Source: Leucoraja ocellata
Taxonomy: Eukaryota
Direction: 5' to 3'
DNA length: 64,000 nucleotides
Assembly (NCBI GenBank): GCA_036785375.1
Contig: JAWMAR010000098.1
Coordinates: forward strand, 4,154,001 to 4,218,000
Positions 24,727 through 37,205 of this stretch are shown here, piece after piece; positions within the stretch are counted from its first letter, which is position 1, and every line of letters begins with the position of its first letter. Below the pieces are notes generated by a model. That model ran no database searches and had not been told where the DNA came from. It saw only the letters and a list, made by a program, of their open reading frames with translations. Both the position numbers and the translations under genes were made by a program.

Positions 24727-25182
24727 CTGCAATGTACAAGCATGAGAGTCACGTAGATGCTGACCCATGAGGGTTTCCTTACCGCAAGTTCTCCTCCAAC
24801 CCACAAGTAACTGCGTGCATTTCAGGCCAATCCATCTCAATCAACTCAATGTGAACTGTGGGCGCAGATAAAGCACAGGGGCACAACGCAGTTGGTTGAA
24901 GTTGTATAAAGTCACGTAAAGAAAGTTGAACTATTTATTTCACAAAATGCTGTGTAACTATTTTTTTTGGATTCAATTCTTAATCTGTGATATGATAGGC
25001 TTTTTCTGTCAAACATAAGTTAAAGATCGACTGGGTGAATTTACCAACTAACTCGATAAGGAACTCTAGTTTAAATGCAAACAGATTCAAGATTTGAACG
25101 TATTATTGGTGAACTTACAGGACCAAACGCAACTTTATGTTATTGGAGTTCTCTTTTAATTAAAGGCATTTGTAAGTCCAAC

Positions 25183-25475
25183 ACCATGGTGCAGCTGGTA
25201 GAGCTGCTTGCTCACAGCAACAGAGAGTAGGGTTTGATCCTGATCTCGGGTGCTGTCTGTGTGGAGTTTACGTGGGGTTTCTCCCTGTAACAGCATGTGT
25301 TTCATCCGGTTTTCTCCCACATCCCAAATACACACGGTGAATCGGTAAATTGCCCTTAATGTGTAGGAAATGGATGGGAAAGTGGGATAACATAGAATCG
25401 GTGTGAACATCTGATCAATGATCAGCATGGATTCAGTAGGCCAAAGGTCCTGTTTCCATGTTGTATCACTAAATT
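25183..25475 (+). mobile_element. Older V-SINE-type SINE
   Basis: tggtgcagctggtagagctgct head, ggtttgatcc B-box, gtcctgtttccatgttgtatc tail. Confidence 0.88.
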
Positions 25476-25669
25476 CAGTAACAAATAAAAAATTCTGAGC
25501 AATAATGCAGCTATTAGAATATGACAGCCAGTCTCTTACTTGGATGGAGCTCAAATTGTTGACACTTTCTGTATTGTATGAGTGTGACGCACTGGATTTA
25601 TTCCAGTCCAGGATTATCTGGAGCAAGACAATTCATGGCAACAGTTCACACCATAAATATTAAAATAAA

Positions 25670-26020
25670 TAGAATCAGTCATACATTGTGGAAACAGGCA
25701 GTTCAGCTCAACTTGCCCAAACCGACCAACATGTCCCGTCTACACTAATCCCACTTGCCTATGTTTGGCCCATATCCCTCTAAACTTGTCCAATCCATGT
25801 ACCTGTCTATTTGATTCCTAAATGTTGTGATAGACCCTGCCTCAACCATCTCCTCTGGCAGCTCCTTCCATAAACCCACCACCCTTTGCGTGAAAAAGTT
25901 ATCCCTCAGATTCCTATAATAAATCTTTGCACCGTAAACCTATGCCCTCTGGTTCTCGATTTTGGTTCTCTCTGGGCAAGAGACTCTGTGTGTCCACCTG
26001 ATCTATTCCTCCCATAGTTT
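25670..26020 (-). mobile_element. CR1 3' fragment
   Basis: Reverse complement is similar to 57140-57480. Confidence 0.9.
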
Positions 26021-26108
26021 TTTTTACAAAACTAAATTTCTAACTGAGAATTAAAGTGCAGCATAACAAAAAGAAAGATTTCATTTAACTAAAAGTGATT
26101 ACTTCATT

Positions 26109-27350
26109 TCCATATACTATTAAAACTCTGTGTATGTGTGTGTATTTGTGGGTGTATGTCAGATTCGGCCTTTGATTCCTTGGTCTGCCAGCACCACACA
26201 CTGAATCTCCGTAATTTTTTCCATTTCGCTAGCTAATTCACTTTTACATTCACTCATGCACTCCTCAAAACATTTGGACATTTCAGTTCGGTAACAACAC
26301 CCTCCCCCCTCCCCCCCTACCCCACTCTCCCCCCCCCCCCCCTCCCCTCCCTTCCCCTTCCCCTCCCTCCCCCCCTCCCCGTACTCGCGGTCTGAAGCAC
26401 GTTCGGGGACCATACCCAACGGGTCTGCACTTGNNNNNNNNNNNNNNNNNNNNNNNNNNNNNNNNNNNNNNNNNNNNNNNNNNNNNNNNNNNNNNNNNNN
26501 NNNNNNNNNNNNNNNNNNNNNNNNNNNNNNNNNNNNNNNNNNNNNNNNNNNNNNNNNNNNNNNNNNNNNNNNNNNNNNNNNNNNNNNNNNNNNNNNNNNN
26601 NNNNNNNNNNNNNNNNNNNNNNNNNNNNNNNNNNNNNNTTCCTCAAAAAATAGATGCAAAAACGCAAAGATTTTTACATATTTCAGTAGGGATTTAACTT
26701 ATGATTTCAGAAATGCACTCCTCTCTAGATTTGGTCAATTATTTCCCCAGATTTTGAATAAAATTGTTCACACAACATCAAAAATTAAAAAAAACAAACT
26801 GCTGCATGAGTCACAGTGCCACCTCACTGATCCAATCACAATGGATCTCATTTACATATATGACATCACAACGGGACAGGGGTGGGGGATTGGATCCTTC
26901 ACGTGGTCCCACTAAAATCAAACTGCTGCATGAGTCACGGTGTCATCTCACAGATGTACAATTACATCACAATGGGACAGGGGTGGGAGATCTCTCCCCC
27001 TCCCTGACATTTAAAAAAAATTAAGGTTGCCCAGCTGCTGACCTCACAATGCCTTTGCACCTGGCCCAACTGCCTCCAGGCCCCGCTCGGCCCTACCACC
27101 CTCCCCCCTCCCAGCCTGGCTGCTGGGCCCGCCCGGCTTCGCCCGCTGACCTCTCAATGCCTTTGCACCTGGCCCAACTGCCTCATGGCCCCATCCGGCC
27201 CTGCTCCCCACCTGGCCCCACCCGTCATTGACAGCTTAGATCAGACCCGCTGTGTGTGTGTGCGTGGTGGGGGGTTGGGGGGGAGGGGGGGGGTACTCCC
27301 CTGAAACCGCACATTGGGGAACAGACCCAACGGGTCTGCACTTGGTCTAG
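26109..27350 (+). mobile_element. Second non-autonomous Helitron family, probably two tandem units spanning a gap
   Basis: Starts TCCATATACTATTAAAACTCT; 3' end CAGACCC-AAC-GGGTCTG-cacttggt-CTAG|T at 27322-27351; the same terminal hairpin at 26411-26433 runs into the gap; internal duplications at 26795-26990 and 27036-27230. Confidence 0.8.
26434..26638. other. Assembly gap
   Basis: Run of N. Confidence 1.
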
Positions 27351-28010
27351 TAGAATATTAAGTTAAATACTTTTGGATCAAATACCTTTCTTTGTATGAT
27401 ATTGATGCACCTTGATTACCCAATTTCTGAATGAACATAGAGATGGCTTATTTTGCAAAGTGAGAAACCAGACCCATCCACTCCCGTACGTGAAAGTCCA
27501 TTCACTAATTGTACACAGCAGAGAGAAAGCTGTGCAGTTTTAATGGCGCTACTAGGCTGAGAATCATATGTGCATGATCAATTACATTGACAGCAGGTGA
27601 TCAAGTGCTCAGCTGACCCATTAATTTCCAGTTAAAGTTGCATTGATAAGAAAATAAGCTCAAGTCTCTGAAAACCATAAATGCCGGTGGACTTGAATAA
27701 GACAGTATGGCACAGTGGTGCAGCTATTAGTGCTACTGCCACAGAGATTCACAATAATGTTTGGGCATGTTTGAGGGCATAACCGTGGGATGGAGAGTTA
27801 TAAGGAGAGGGTGGGTTGGAATTAATAGATTGTTCATCTGGAATGCCATGTGGTAATCAACTGTATCTTTGGCATGTGCATCTTTGGAGTGGATGCATGA
27901 GCCCAATGTAAATCATGGCTGAGAAATGGACTCACTGTCAGAGGTTGCACCTACTGGTAAAGGAGAGGAAAGAAAGCAGTATGGATCCTAAGGTGGTATA
28001 AAAACATTTA

Positions 28011-28217
28011 ATTCTTTCTTTTCTTTTTCTTTTCTTCTTTCTTTCCCTTTTTTCCTTTTTCTTTTTTTCCGATCTAGTTATTAGTTTATAAAATGTTAAA
28101 ACTGAAGCAGTACGAATATTGTATAACTGTTATGTCGATTATTTTCTCTTTGTACAATTGCTTCTAATAAATATAAATAATAAAAAACTAAAAAATAGAA
28201 ATAAAAATAAAAATAAA
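28011..28217 (+). mobile_element. Probable L1/Tx1-type 3' UTR fragment with a decayed poly(A) tail
   Basis: Pyrimidine tract, AATAAA, A-rich tail and an approximate TSD (taaaaacattta / taaaccattta). Confidence 0.5.
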
Positions 28218-28277
28218 CCATTTATTTTGGTTTCTGCTTCAGATTTGTCCTTTGCCATTCCAGCTATATAGAGAATG

Positions 28278-28486
28278 TCACAAAGTGCTGGAGTAACTCA
28301 ACATGTCAGGTAGCATCTCTGGGGTACATGGATATGTGTGTTTTCATTTGAGATGAGACTGAAGAACGGTCTCGAACCGAAACTTCATCTATCCCAGTTC
28401 TCCAGAGATGCTGCCCGACCTGCCGAGTTACTCCTGCACTTATAATATTTTTTGTGTATTAACCAGCATCTGCAGTTCTTTGTTTC
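28278..28486. mobile_element. Fold-back pair of Penelope-terminus-like repeats
   Basis: aagtgctggagtaactc... and ...gagttactcctgcactt form inverted arms; plus-strand CTGAAGA..GAAA at 28359-28382. Confidence 0.78.
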
Positions 28487-29180
28487 TATATAGAGAGTGA
28501 GAATGTCCAAACTTTCCAAAGTACTTCCTGGACAATATTTCAGAGGCATCGTAACCATGGCTCTACATAAAAAAATATTATTGAAATTACTTTATGAATT
28601 CTTCTCGTCGTAAATAATATATTTGGAAAAACATCCTACCACAGGTGGGTTGATTTGAAAAAAATATTACAATCAATGCTTCTTAGGATTTTAGCAACTG
28701 ATCACATTTTCGAAAGGATTTTTTTCCCTGAATAATATGATTAAAACATAAAATTACTCAACATTTATCCAAACCATGTAAAATGAAGACAAATTTGCAC
28801 GATTATTCTGATCAGAATATCTGTCAATTTTTGTATTTTTTCTTTACCTTATCCCATAAGAGAATATGACCATATTAAATGATATGCAAAATTGAAGAAC
28901 ACCAAATAAATGTCTGTATAACAAACTATAGTTCAATCATTCATTCTGTTTTCAGCTGTTATAAAATGGTGCATCACTTGATACTGTGTTATATAGACAC
29001 CTCAGAAAACAACTGGAATTCATTGAATGGTGGAAAATATTTATATTTTATTAAAATTATTTACTCAAACAAAAGTTTTGATGAAGTTATCGGCTAATTA
29101 AAATGAATATGATTTGTATATGTTTGAAATAAGATGCTATTTACTTGCTTATATATAATTTGCAGAAATTTATCCATATA

Positions 29181-29732
29181 CAATAGACAATAGACAATAG
29201 GTGCAGGAGTAGGCCATTCGGCCCTTCGAGCCAGCCATTCACTGTGATCATGGCTGATCATCCCAAATCAGTACCTCGTTCATGCCTTCTCCCCATATCC
29301 CCTGACTCCACTATCTTTTAGAGCCCTATCTAGCTCTCTCTTGAAAGTATCCAGAGAACCGGCCTCCACCGCCCTCTGAGGCAGAGAATTCCACAGACTC
29401 ACAACTTTCTGTGAGAAAAAGTGTTTCCTCGTCTCCGTTCTAAATGGCTTACCCCTCATTCGTAAACTGTGGCCCCTGATTCTGGACTCCCCCAACATCG
29501 GGAACATGTTTCCTGCCTCTAGCATGTCCAAACCCTTAACAATCTTATATGTTTCAATAAGATCCCCTCTCATCCTTCTAAACTCCAGAGTGTACAAGCC
29601 CAGCCGCTCCATTCTCTCAGCATATGACAGTCCCGCCACCCCGTAAATTAACCTTGTAAACCTATGCTGCACTCCCTCAATAGCAAGAATATCCTTCCTC
29701 AAATTAAGGGACCAAAACTGCACACAATACTC
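29181..29732 (-). mobile_element. CR1 fragment
   Basis: ORF 29280-29723 encodes the CR1 RT C-terminus; tail (GTCTATT)n. Confidence 0.96.
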
Positions 29733-30427
29733 TAGTGTGTGCTCAAATACTCAAAGTACTCAAGCCTTTTTAATAATTATAAAGTTGATATGAAATTCTT
29801 CAGCAGATCCACTATCATTGTGAAATATTTTGTTACCTCAAATCTGTTTTCAAAACACTAAGCAGATGTTAAAATTTCATATTTCTTCAGCTAGTTACAT
29901 TTAACAAATTTACTTCAATGGAGATCGGGAAAATGTGCAAATTTAATATTGGACAATTTGTCAGAAAAGTAATGCAGTTTGTAATTGCCTCAAATAATAA
30001 AAAGCCTAACTCATCTGCAAATAAAACTTGCTTTAAAATAACAAACATATGTTATCAATGCAACTATAATCTTAACCCAATCAAGTGTTTTACTTTGGGA
30101 TATTCAAATGGAAAGATAAATGATTTCGCTCTAAGGGGAAAATCTTCATCTTTTCTCACCAGCACTGAAGGCATGTTCAGGTATCAGCCACACACTGGAC
30201 ATATCCTCATCCTCAGTCAACCCTGGAGCCAAATGGATAACCAGTGACCATAACTCTTGCATCAGTTTTAGAACTTGTGACCAAAGGCAAATTTCTTCTT
30301 GTGAATTATTTTCTGACGCTTGTTTTTTATTTTGTTATATTACAGTTGTTGTCACTGCCAACGTTATCTATATCATCTGCAGAGGGAAAAGCTGGTGAGT
30401 TGCTCCTTACATCCACTACATATCATT

Positions 30428-30862
30428 CATGATGAGCTTTTGATGGCACTGGGCCTGTGCTCTCTGGAGTTTAGAAGAATGAGGAGGGACCTCATTGAAA
30501 CATATTGAATAGTGAAATAGAGTGGATATGGAGAGAATGTTACCACTAGTGCGAGAGTCTAGGACTAGATGTCATAGCCTCAGAATTAAAGAAAGTTTCT
30601 TTAGGAAAGAGATGAGGAGGAATTTCCAATCAGAGGGTGGTGAATCTGTGGAATGTATTGCCACAGAAAGCTGTGGAGGCAAAGTCAATGGATATTTTTA
30701 AGCCAGAGATAGATAGATCCTTGATTAGTACGAGTATCAGGGGTTATGGGGAGAAGGCAGGAGAATGGGGTTAGAAGGGAGAGATAGTTCACCCATGATA
30801 GAAACAGTGGCAAAGTAGAGTTGATGAGCCGAATGGCCTAATTCTGCTCCTATCACTTATGA
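30428..30862 (+). mobile_element. CR1 fragment
   Basis: LGLCSLEFRRMRRDLIETY followed by a CR1 3' UTR. Confidence 0.92.
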
Positions 30863-31568
30863 TCAGCTGGTGTGTCCAGCAGGACTGACCTGGTATCACT
30901 TAACTTGTGCTTCCCTGTTCATAATTATGAAGATTCATCACGGAATACACCACTCACTGAAAGGGATCAATCGTGACCACATTTGCGAAAAGAAACAGAG
31001 GCTTGATGAGAGAGTTACTAGATTTCCAATGTGCGTTATTTAAATTTACCACTCGCTTACAACAAGGAACTGGGACTTTCACAGCAGATAAGGGACTTTG
31101 AATTTACCAGTAAACTTGAACATATTTGACTGATATTGCAATCTAAACTTTCTCTAGAACTTGGAATTATTAGTTTCACTAGCTCCTAAAGTAGTAACGA
31201 TAGAAACCAAATGGGAAGTTAGTGCAAAATTTAATAGAAATTGGCAACATTGGTGACAAGATAATCAACTGGTTGGGGAAGGGGATCGATGAGGGGACAG
31301 ATGAGGTGCCAGAGGACTATCCTTAAGATCAATGGAGCAACACCATAATTTCAGGAGGAGCCTAGAATTCTTCCTGAATAGTTAATCACAGCACCATTGG
31401 AGAAAGCAATAACTCTATCGATAAGCAGCTGATGGCAATGACAACCATAAGAGTAGTTTCACCAAAAATTGAATAGAAAGTAGACTATCAATATAATCTA
31501 AAAATTAATCTAAACATTAGTTTGTTTGTATGCAGAGGTGATTGTATTGTAGCTCGGGCGGCAATTTG

Positions 31569-31681
31569 GAATCATACAGCATAGAAACAAGACCCTTGGC
31601 ACAACTCATCCACATTGATGTCACATCAAGCTAGTCCCATTTATTCACGTTTGGCCCAGATCCCAGTAAACCTTTCTTATT
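31569..31681 (-). mobile_element. Short CR1 3' tail
   Basis: catacagcatagaaacaagaccctt...ctagtcccattt..tttggccc. Confidence 0.75.
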
Positions 31682-31897
31682 GAAGGTAGAAACAAAATGC
31701 TGGAGTAACTCAGCGGGACAGGCAGCATCTCTGGAGAGAAGGAATGGGTGACGTTTCAGGTCGAGGCCCTTCTTCGGACGTTCGAGTTTGAAGAAGGGTC
31801 TTCCGACTCTGGTCTTGACCCGAAAGGTCAACCATTGCTTCTCTCCAGAGATGCTGCCTGTCCTGCTGAGTTACTCCTGCATTTTGTCTTTACCTTC
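31682..31897. mobile_element. Fold-back pair of Penelope-terminus-like repeats (~216-bp imperfect palindrome)
   Basis: gaaggtagaaacaaaatgctggagtaactcagc... pairs with ...gctgagttactcctgcattttgtctttaccttc; each arm has a degenerate hammerhead core. Confidence 0.88.
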
Positions 31898-32171
31898 CTA
31901 TTCATACACCTGAACAAATATCATTTAGGGTGTATGAGAAAGTAATATGCAAAGTCTACAATTTCAGAAAATGGGAGGAAGCCCTTTAAGAGGAGCATTT
32001 ATTTTCTAATACAACACACTAACGTGTTCATCTTTGCCACACATCTTTGAAGATGGCATCTTCAACACATATTAGCACTTCCATGAAAAATAGTTAACAC
32101 GAGCTATGCATGGTGATTGCAAAGTTTAACAAGAAATAACCGTAAAAAGTATCGTCAACAGAATTATATGT

Positions 32172-34025
32172 ATTAGTATTGGTTCATTATTGCCACACAT
32201 ACCATGACACAATGTAAAACTTTGTTTTGCGTGTGATCTAGGAAATCATGTTGTACATGAATACATCAGGCAGTGGTTCTTGGTTGGTTCTTGGTTTCTT
32301 GGTCCTCCAAAATATTCCAAATGGAATTTAAACTGGAGGTAGTGTAAAAGAGAAAGTAAACAGAGTGGGAAATATTGAGCTACAGAAAAAGTGCAGATAA
32401 AAAAGTGGTGGCTCAACGCGGAGGATCGTAAGATCAGAAAGTCATACTGGGCATGCGAGAGATTCATTCAAGAGTCTGATAACAGCAGGAAAGAAGCTAT
32501 TCTTGAATCTAGTGTGTGTGCTTTTGTATCTTCTGCCTGATGGGACAGGGGAAAGAGAGAATGAGCAGAGAGTGAGTGGTTCTTGTTTATGTTGGTTGCT
32601 TCACTGAGATAGTGTGAATTGTAAATGGAGTTGATGGGAGTGGTTAGGTTGGTTTGTGTGATGAACTAGGCTACATTCATAATTCTGCAAATTCTTGCAA
32701 TCTGGGGCAGAGCAGTTAGCATGCATCATCACAGGGTGCTGTCTATAGTGCATCTGTAGACATTGGTAAGAGTCTTTGGAGATATTCATTAATCTTCTGA
32801 GAAAGCAGAGGTGTTGGTGTGTTTTCTTGCCTCTCGCATCTATGTGGTTGGATCAGGACAAATCCTTAGTGAAATTTACACCTCGGATCTTCAAGCTCTC
32901 GGCCATCTCTGCTTCAGTACTAATGTTGCAGTCTTGGTCATGTACTCTACCCTGCTTCACGAGGTCAATCACCTTCATTTCCCTGAGATTGAGGGAGAGG
33001 TTGTTTGCTTGGCTCAATACTACTAAGATCTCAATCTCCTTCCTGTACTCCACCTCATCATTCTTTGAGAACCGATCAACATCAGTGGTGTCATCTGCAA
33101 ACTTGAAAAGGGAGTTGGAGCAGAATTGAGCTCTTAGTCATGAGTATATAGGGAGTAAGGGAAGAACACAACTTCCTGGGGCACAGGTGTTGAGAATTAT
33201 TGGATAGATTGTTTGTTGCCTATCCTTACTGATTATGGTCCATAGATCAGGAAGTCAATGATCCAGTTTAGTTTAGTTTAGTTTAGTTTAGTTTAGTTTA
33301 GTTTAGTTTAGTTTAGTTTAGTTAAGTTTAGAGATAGAGAATGGACAAGCACATTTACTTGAGGAACATTTTTTTAAAAATGTTTTATACCAAGCCTACA
33401 AACCTGTACATCTTTGGCGTTTGGGAGGAAGCCGAAGATCTCGGAGAAAACCCGCACAGGTCATGGAGAGAACATACAAACTCCGTACAGACAAGCACCC
33501 ATAGGCAGGATCGAACCCAGGTCTCTGGTGCTGTAAAGCAGTAGCTCTACTGCTGCGCCACCGTGCCACCAGTAGCAGAGGGAGCTGCTGAAACCTAGGC
33601 TAAGGTGTTTGGAGATGCGTTTAGATGGAATTATGGTGTTGAATGTGGATCTATAGTCGGCAAATGTGCGTCTGATGTATGCATATTTGTTATCCTGATG
33701 TTCCAGGGATGAGTGTAGTAACAGGGAAATTGTGTCTGTCTTGGTATATGTGAATCGCAGCTGATCAAGGCTGCCTGGGGGGCTGCAGTTGATGTGTGCC
33801 ATGACCAGTCTGTCAAAGCACTTCATGATGGTGGATATCAAAGCCACCAGGCAGTAGGGGATCTACTTAAGAAGGTGGGAACCTCAGAATGGTGTAGGGA
33901 GAGGTTAAATCTGGGGACTCCACCCAGGCCATTTGTTTTGTGTGAGTTCACTCTCAGGAGGGCCAATATAATGTCTGTGATGGTAATCATGGGTACAGGC
34001 ACACGCAAGGCTGTCAGGGCATGTA
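32172..34025 (-). mobile_element. Degraded Rex1/Babar-type LINE (RT domain to 3' UTR), interrupted by a SINE
   Basis: Minus-strand peptides ALISTIMKCFDRLV, FADYRSTFNTIIP, WIIDFL, FKFADDTT and NNLSLN occur in the order expected for a Rex1 RT. Confidence 0.88.
33266..33570 (-). mobile_element. HE1/V-SINE-type SINE with an expanded (TAAAC)n tail (33266-33330), nested in Rex1
   Basis: A- and B-boxes on the minus strand; about 13 pentamers; ccagt on both sides. Confidence 0.95.
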
Positions 34026-36867
34026 GTGTCATTCCATACATATGTCACGAATATACTATATTTAGGTTATTCTACTGATAATTGGTATAACATTTAGTTG
34101 ATCTGAACAATGCTTCAAAAGATTGGCATATGGATAATGTTTGAGATAATTTTCATATTTACCATCATCTTGAAACAACGCTACTCAATCATTACATCAG
34201 GCAGAAGGGTGATCATATATCTCAATATCATTGTGCTTTCTACCAAAAAAAAATCAACAGAAATATCAGGGAAGGATTAAAATTATTAACGTATTCTCCC
34301 ATCAATTTCCCCAAACATTAGCAAATCATAATCACATTTTATGATCTTGCATTTCAGACTACTATGGGATTGCATTAGCAAAGAAATTCAAGGTTTAATT
34401 GGAAAAGATATGAGAATTTAGGCAAACCTATTAAACATAAAAGGCAAATGTGAGAAGTGATTATTGTAGTTAATTAGAAAATGTAAAACAGATTTACATT
34501 CACAAACATATACTGATGTAAGAATTGTCAAATTCTGCAACCAAATGATTTTGATTGAAACATAATAAATTGATTACTAGATTATCATTAACAATTATGC
34601 TTCAGAACAGTGTGAAACAAAATTAGGCAAGATTTCATTGTCCTACTCAAAAAACAATGGAGGTTTTTTTTAATACAAGAATATTGGCTGATTGGACCTT
34701 GTTTAAATTATTACAAATTAATTTACCTGCCAAAAGAGCTTCATAAAACTGATATTGCTTTATATATCCAGGGGATATAGAGCCAACTTACTCTATATTG
34801 TATAAAAACCAAATCCCTATATTTTTGTTTTTTTTTATGTGGAAAAGCCCGTCCAGGCATTTTTTAATTAACACACCCAGCATTTACTCTAAGCATGATT
34901 CACCTTTTTTTTTTAATCACAGAGAGGCAAAGTGCATGCCACAATGACCCTGAACAATCATGTAATCAATTTTAAAAATATTCACAAGTGCCTTTTAGGA
35001 TACCGTAGATGGATAATAATATGCAACACCACTAATGCTCAAAGGATAGGTCCGTGAGAATAAAATGAAATTAGGGAAAATGTGATGTTATTGGAGCGCT
35101 GTTCACATCTAGACCAGGGATTGGGATAAGGACGAAGTTAATTGCATTTCCAGATGACAAACCGCTCACCTCAGAACTGAATGGCTCTTTATGAAAGCTA
35201 TCAGTAATAAACTGTAAATCTCAGCTATGATTGCAAATAAAGGTCATGCCCCTTGTGCTGCTGATGTCCCTGTCTTATTATATTCCCCAGATCCTTTCCA
35301 GTCCTTAAGGTGCCTAAGCTCAAAAAAGCAATCAACACTGAAAATATTTTTTCCCCCCTTTTTTCTCGTGACACCCATCCCCATACTTTGATAATCATAA
35401 ACGTCTCATCTACAAAACAACAGGAATTTTGATCCTTGGGAGAAAATCACTGCTTAACCCTCACACGCCAAGCTGGTAAAAGATTCCGTCAAAAGCAGCT
35501 TCCCGGCTAAATTGAAATGCATAGTTCATGTACCCCATGCCTCGTTCAACTGATTTTAAAAACGCTTTCAGTTTTCCAATTTGAATCATTTAACACAGGG
35601 AATAGAATCACACCAATGTGGTATTCAACGTGCGTTTGTAGTGCAAGTTATAGAATAAGTTACAGGTAGTTTTGTTGCAATATAATTTTATTATGCAGTA
35701 AATCTGATAGGTTTTCGGGGGTCTTACAGCTCTTGATTGATGCATTGTCTTCTTCTGGAATCACAACGAGAAGCAACTTAGTAAATGGACCTTCCCGCGA
35801 CCGCTTTGTGCAGACCACGGCTGTAAATTATTGGAGTAACATCCAACATTGTACCCGTGATGAATTTTGGCAGGATAGTTATAAAAACTTCATATGTCAA
35901 AAAGAGAGGGGGAGGCAATCAGATAAGAGGAATGGGAAAGTGGGGGGGTGGGGGGGTGCTGTGGAAAGCGCTATAGCAATCACAGGTGCATAAGATGTGT
36001 CCAATGTCGAAACCCGCTCGAAAACGCTTACCTGAAATGCGACGCTTTCCTGTTTCGATTTTCTTTTTTAATGTCCCCCCCACCCCCCCCCCCCGTCTAT
36101 AATGAGGCCCTGTTTTTTTTGCCAAAATTACCATGTAAATCAAAGTGATGTGTAAGATGCAATTTGTAAATCTAACAATTGATTACAAATTCTGTTGCAG
36201 GCTTTTCCTACCTCCACAAATCAAAGGTTAATTACTTATTTGGATAGTGGATTATTATTTAAATTAGAGAGGTTGTGTTAGTACATATATTAATGGAAAA
36301 ATAAATGTGAGGGTGTCCAGGGTGTTATTTTATCGTTACAAATCATAGGATATAACACTAGGTTTTTATCTTCTTTAGCCCTTCTCACTTTTAAAACTGT
36401 GCATCCAAATCAATGTAATGTCACTGTACAGTGCAAAAGTGTTTTCAAAAATAGTATTTCCATTAACAAAACTATTTTGTGCTTGACTTTGTGATTTCTA
36501 GGTTGAAATTATTTTTTTAACAGAGGTTGCTATCTTCCTCATAATAGACCCTTCTGTAATAGCTAATGAAGGTAATGAAATATGACATGCAGTTTGGCCC
36601 TTGACCATGGATTGCTCCCCCTCCCTCAGTATCTTGAACAAAGCCAAAACAGATGTAGCTACTTTGTGGTTTAGCATTGACGTATGCTGTTAGACCAGGT
36701 CATTAGGTTCCCAGATATTAAAATCTGCACTCTGCAAATGTGCAATTCTCTGATTTAACAAGAGACTGTCCCGAATGTTTCTCAATACAGAGGAAAATCA
36801 AGTTAATGACATGTCATGGCAGAATCGAGAGGCCACTAATGATGTTCAATTCCAAAGGTTCGTTATT

Positions 36868-37205
36868 AACAGGATAGATACGGAGAGACGATATCTTCTA
36901 GCTGGAGAGTTTGGAACTAGGAGGTATGGTCTCTGGATAAGGGGTCAGTCATTTAGGTACGAGATGAGGAGAAATTTCTTTATGATGAGAGTGATAAATC
37001 TTTTTGAATTCTCCAGCTCAAAAACAGCGGATGTTCAGTCACTGGGTATATTCAAGGGCGAGACAGATAGATTTTTTGGACACTGTGGTATTGCGAGGAC
37101 AAGGATATTCAGCAGAAAAACGGGCTCGAGCCACAGGTTCAGCAATGATCGTACAGTGATGGAGCGGCTCAAAGGCCATGTGGACCACTGCTGCTCCTGT
37201 TTTTA
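36868..37205 (+). mobile_element. Old CR1 3' fragment
   Basis: GEFGTRRYGLWIRGQSFRYEMRRNFFMMRVINL. Confidence 0.85.

Noticed and set aside
36020-36060. 18-nt micro-exon GAAAGCGTCGCATTTCAG with a strong minus-strand donor (CAG|gtaagc)
   Set aside because: The upstream sequence is purine-rich with no polypyrimidine tract, so the acceptor is unsupported; the donor alone is not enough.
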